From assembly GCA_963667175.2 (NCBI GenBank), contig CAXXXF010000007.1:32001-96000 (forward strand): a DNA stretch of 64,000 nucleotides, read 5' to 3'. The DNA is from Candidatus Latescibacterota bacterium. GTDB taxonomy: Bacteria > Latescibacterota > UBA2968 > GCA-2709665. Below, one piece after another: positions 62,053 to 64,000 of the stretch. Below the pieces are notes generated by a model. That model did not search any database and had not been told where the DNA came from. It was given only the letters and a program-made list of their open reading frames with translations. How positions within the stretch are numbered: the stretch's first letter is position 1; every line of letters starts with the position of its first letter. The translations under genes were made by a program, and so were the position numbers.

Positions 62053-62118
62053 ACACCTGCCTTCAGCGCGGGCAGAAAAAGGCGCCTCCCGAACGTCACC
62101 CCAATTGAGACATGCGCA

Positions 62119-63381
62119 CTACAACCCGTAGTGTGCGTTGATCGGCTTCTGGTAGCCGTCCACCTCTCCGGTCAACATCTCGTCCAGCGTCACTTCTCGG
62201 CCCAGCATCCCCGACTCCAGGACGGCGTAGCTCAGCGCCAGGTCGATCGTCCCCTCCTCCCCGGACATCCGCGCCGGCAATCCGTCGCGTATCGCACGCA
62301 GCCAGTCCAGGTTCTCCAGCGCGAACGCATCCGTGATCCCCACGGGCATCGTTTCTTCCCGGTCCCGTTCCGGGGCCTCCCGCCCGAATCGCTCCAGAAC
62401 GTCTTCCGCCTCACCATCCCCGCTGAACACCTTTCCGTCGGACAACGCCCCCTCGCTCCCGAATACGTTCGTTCCTCCCGGCACCCCGATCTGCGTTCCC
62501 CTCGCACTTCTGGCCACCGCCATGTGCCCGATGGCGCCGTTCCCGAGCCTGAAATTCGTGAAGAAAACGTCGTCCACCTGGTTCTTCACCTCGTCCGAGA
62601 CCCTGCGGTCGTCGTCCGACATCAACACCCTGACAGGCTCGAGAATCCGCCACAGGGCCTGCACCGAACGCACCGGCCCGCAGATCGTCCGGACCCCGTT
62701 GAAGAGATGCACCCCCAGATCGATGGACACCCCGCCGCCCGCACCCAGTTTTGACTGTCGCCACGGCGTGCGCGCGGCAACCAGGTCCGGGCGGTGAGAA
62801 CGGAACCCGATCGCGCCGCGGTAGACCATCTGCACGTCGCCGATCAGGCCCCGTCTTACGGCCCAGCGGTTCGCCCGTACCGCCGGGGTGAAATTCACGT
62901 TTTCCGCAACGCTCAACACCGTGTCCGTTTCGGATGCGACTTCACACATCCGTTGCGCAGCCCTTACCGAAATCGCCATCGGCTTTTCCACGATGACGTG
63001 CTTTCCGGCGCGCATGGCATCGATGGCGATGGTGTGATGGTTGTCGTGTCCCGTCAGGACGCACACCGCGTCGACCTCCCCGCGTTCCAGCATCTCGCGA
63101 TAGTCGGTGTAAATCGCCGTTTCCCAGCCGGGATGCAGGTCGCTGATGTAGGCGTGGGGGGCGTTCAGGGGGTCGCCCGGGGCTTCCACGGGCGCCGGTC
63201 TGGGTCCCGGTCCTTCGCCCCGCGTTCGAAATCGGAGGGCGTCCTCCGTTCTCCTCGCGCAAAGCGCCGTGACCCGGAAGAGATCCCCAAATCCCCTTTC
63301 CTGCAGGATTCGGAACCCGCGCAGGTGCGCGTTCAGGATCCGCCCGCAACCCACAATGCCAATTCGAACCGAAGACGACAT
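62119..63381 (-). CDS. Gfo/Idh/MocA oxidoreductase
   Basis: GIVGCGRI, GKHVIVEKP and DLGVH motifs. Confidence 0.88.
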   Translation of the reverse strand: MSSSVRIGIVGCGRILNAHLRGFRILQERGFGDLFRVTALCARRTEDALRFRTRGEGPGPRPAPVEAPGDPLNAPHAYISDLHPGWETAIYTDYREMLERGEVDAVCVLTGHDNHHTIAIDAMRAGKHVIVEKPMAISVRAAQRMCEVASETDTVLSVAENVNFTPAVRANRWAVRRGLIGDVQMVYRGAIGFRSHRPDLVAARTPWRQSKLGAGGGVSIDLGVHLFNGVRTICGPVRSVQALWRILEPVRVLMSDDDRRVSDEVKNQVDDVFFTNFRLGNGAIGHMAVARSARGTQIGVPGGTNVFGSEGALSDGKVFSGDGEAEDVLERFGREAPERDREETMPVGITDAFALENLDWLRAIRDGLPARMSGEEGTIDLALSYAVLESGMLGREVTLDEMLTGEVDGYQKPINAHYGL

Positions 63382-63394
63382 TTGCGATCTCCAG

Positions 63395-64000
63395 CTAAAT
63401 CCAGCCCGGCGTACCGATCGTATCCGCGATGGGGATCGCCCGTTCGAGCTCCGCATCGGTCAGGGGCGGCATTTCTACGGTACGGGCGTTCTCCTCCACC
63501 TGCCGGCGGTTCCTGGCCCCGGCGATCACGCACGACGCGCCCGGGTGGTCCAGTACGAAACGCAGCGCCGCCTGGGGCATGGTTCGCGACTGGTTCCGCA
63601 GGAACAGCAACTGCGGAAGACGTTTCAGGCCGTCGAGTGTTTCGGGTTTGTTGAATCGTTCGTACCGCACGTCGTTTTCAGGGACAGCGCGCGCCTTCGG
63701 GCCGAAATACTTGCCGGTCAACTGTCCCTTCGCGAGAGGCACGCGAATCAGCGTGCCGATTTCCTCGGCCTTCGCCCAGTGCAGCAACCCGTCCGCCGTA
63801 CGCTCCAGAAGATTATAGCCGATCTGTAACATATGTATGGGTCCCAGCAATCGGAGTTTGTCGATGGCGCTCCGGTCGTTGGTCGAAATGCCGTACCACC
63901 GCACCTTGCCAGCCTGCCGGAGCTTCGCCAGCGCGTCCATGACCGCCGGCATCGCCCATTCGTAAGGAACGGCGTGCAACTGGTATATGTCGATATGGTC
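63395..64000 (-). CDS. Aldo/keto reductase (5' end outside the window)
   Basis: IDIYQLH..GKVRWYGIS..YNLL..PLAKGQLTGK..VIAGAR. Confidence 0.88.
   Translation of the reverse strand, partial: DHIDIYQLHAVPYEWAMPAVMDALAKLRQAGKVRWYGISTNDRSAIDKLRLLGPIHMLQIGYNLLERTADGLLHWAKAEEIGTLIRVPLAKGQLTGKYFGPKARAVPENDVRYERFNKPETLDGLKRLPQLLFLRNQSRTMPQAALRFVLDHPGASCVIAGARNRRQVEENARTVEMPPLTDAELERAIPIADTIGTPGWI

Overview
GC-rich bacterial chromosome segment. The rplM-rpsI-rpsB-tsf-frr order, cohesin/dockerin-type surface protein and abundant PhyH, Gfo/Idh/MocA and sulfatase genes suggest an FCB-group organism such as Latescibacterota or Gemmatimonadota; this is inference only. Housekeeping and catabolic blocks alternate with lower-GC accessory blocks. 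The main feature is a ~21.7 kb integrase-free defence island (10565-32303), almost entirely on the minus strand. It carries two RAYT copies, a PD-(D/E)xK nuclease, a Pycsar pair (cNMP-TIR effector plus uridylate-cyclase-like PycC), and a radC-uvrD/nuclease-mod-res-vapC operon in which Res appears to carry a fused antitoxin tail. It also holds a HEPN-motif protein, a two-RT DRT3 system with a downstream structured ncRNA containing a single-stranded ACACAC, and an orphan dprA with a recQ-PRT stub. Elsewhere are a type II R-M pair next to frr, an IS3-deleted dcm/drmB remnant, nested IS630s, a 365-bp MITE family and nested REP mini-hairpins. All protein assignments come from motif recognition by eye, not from database searches.
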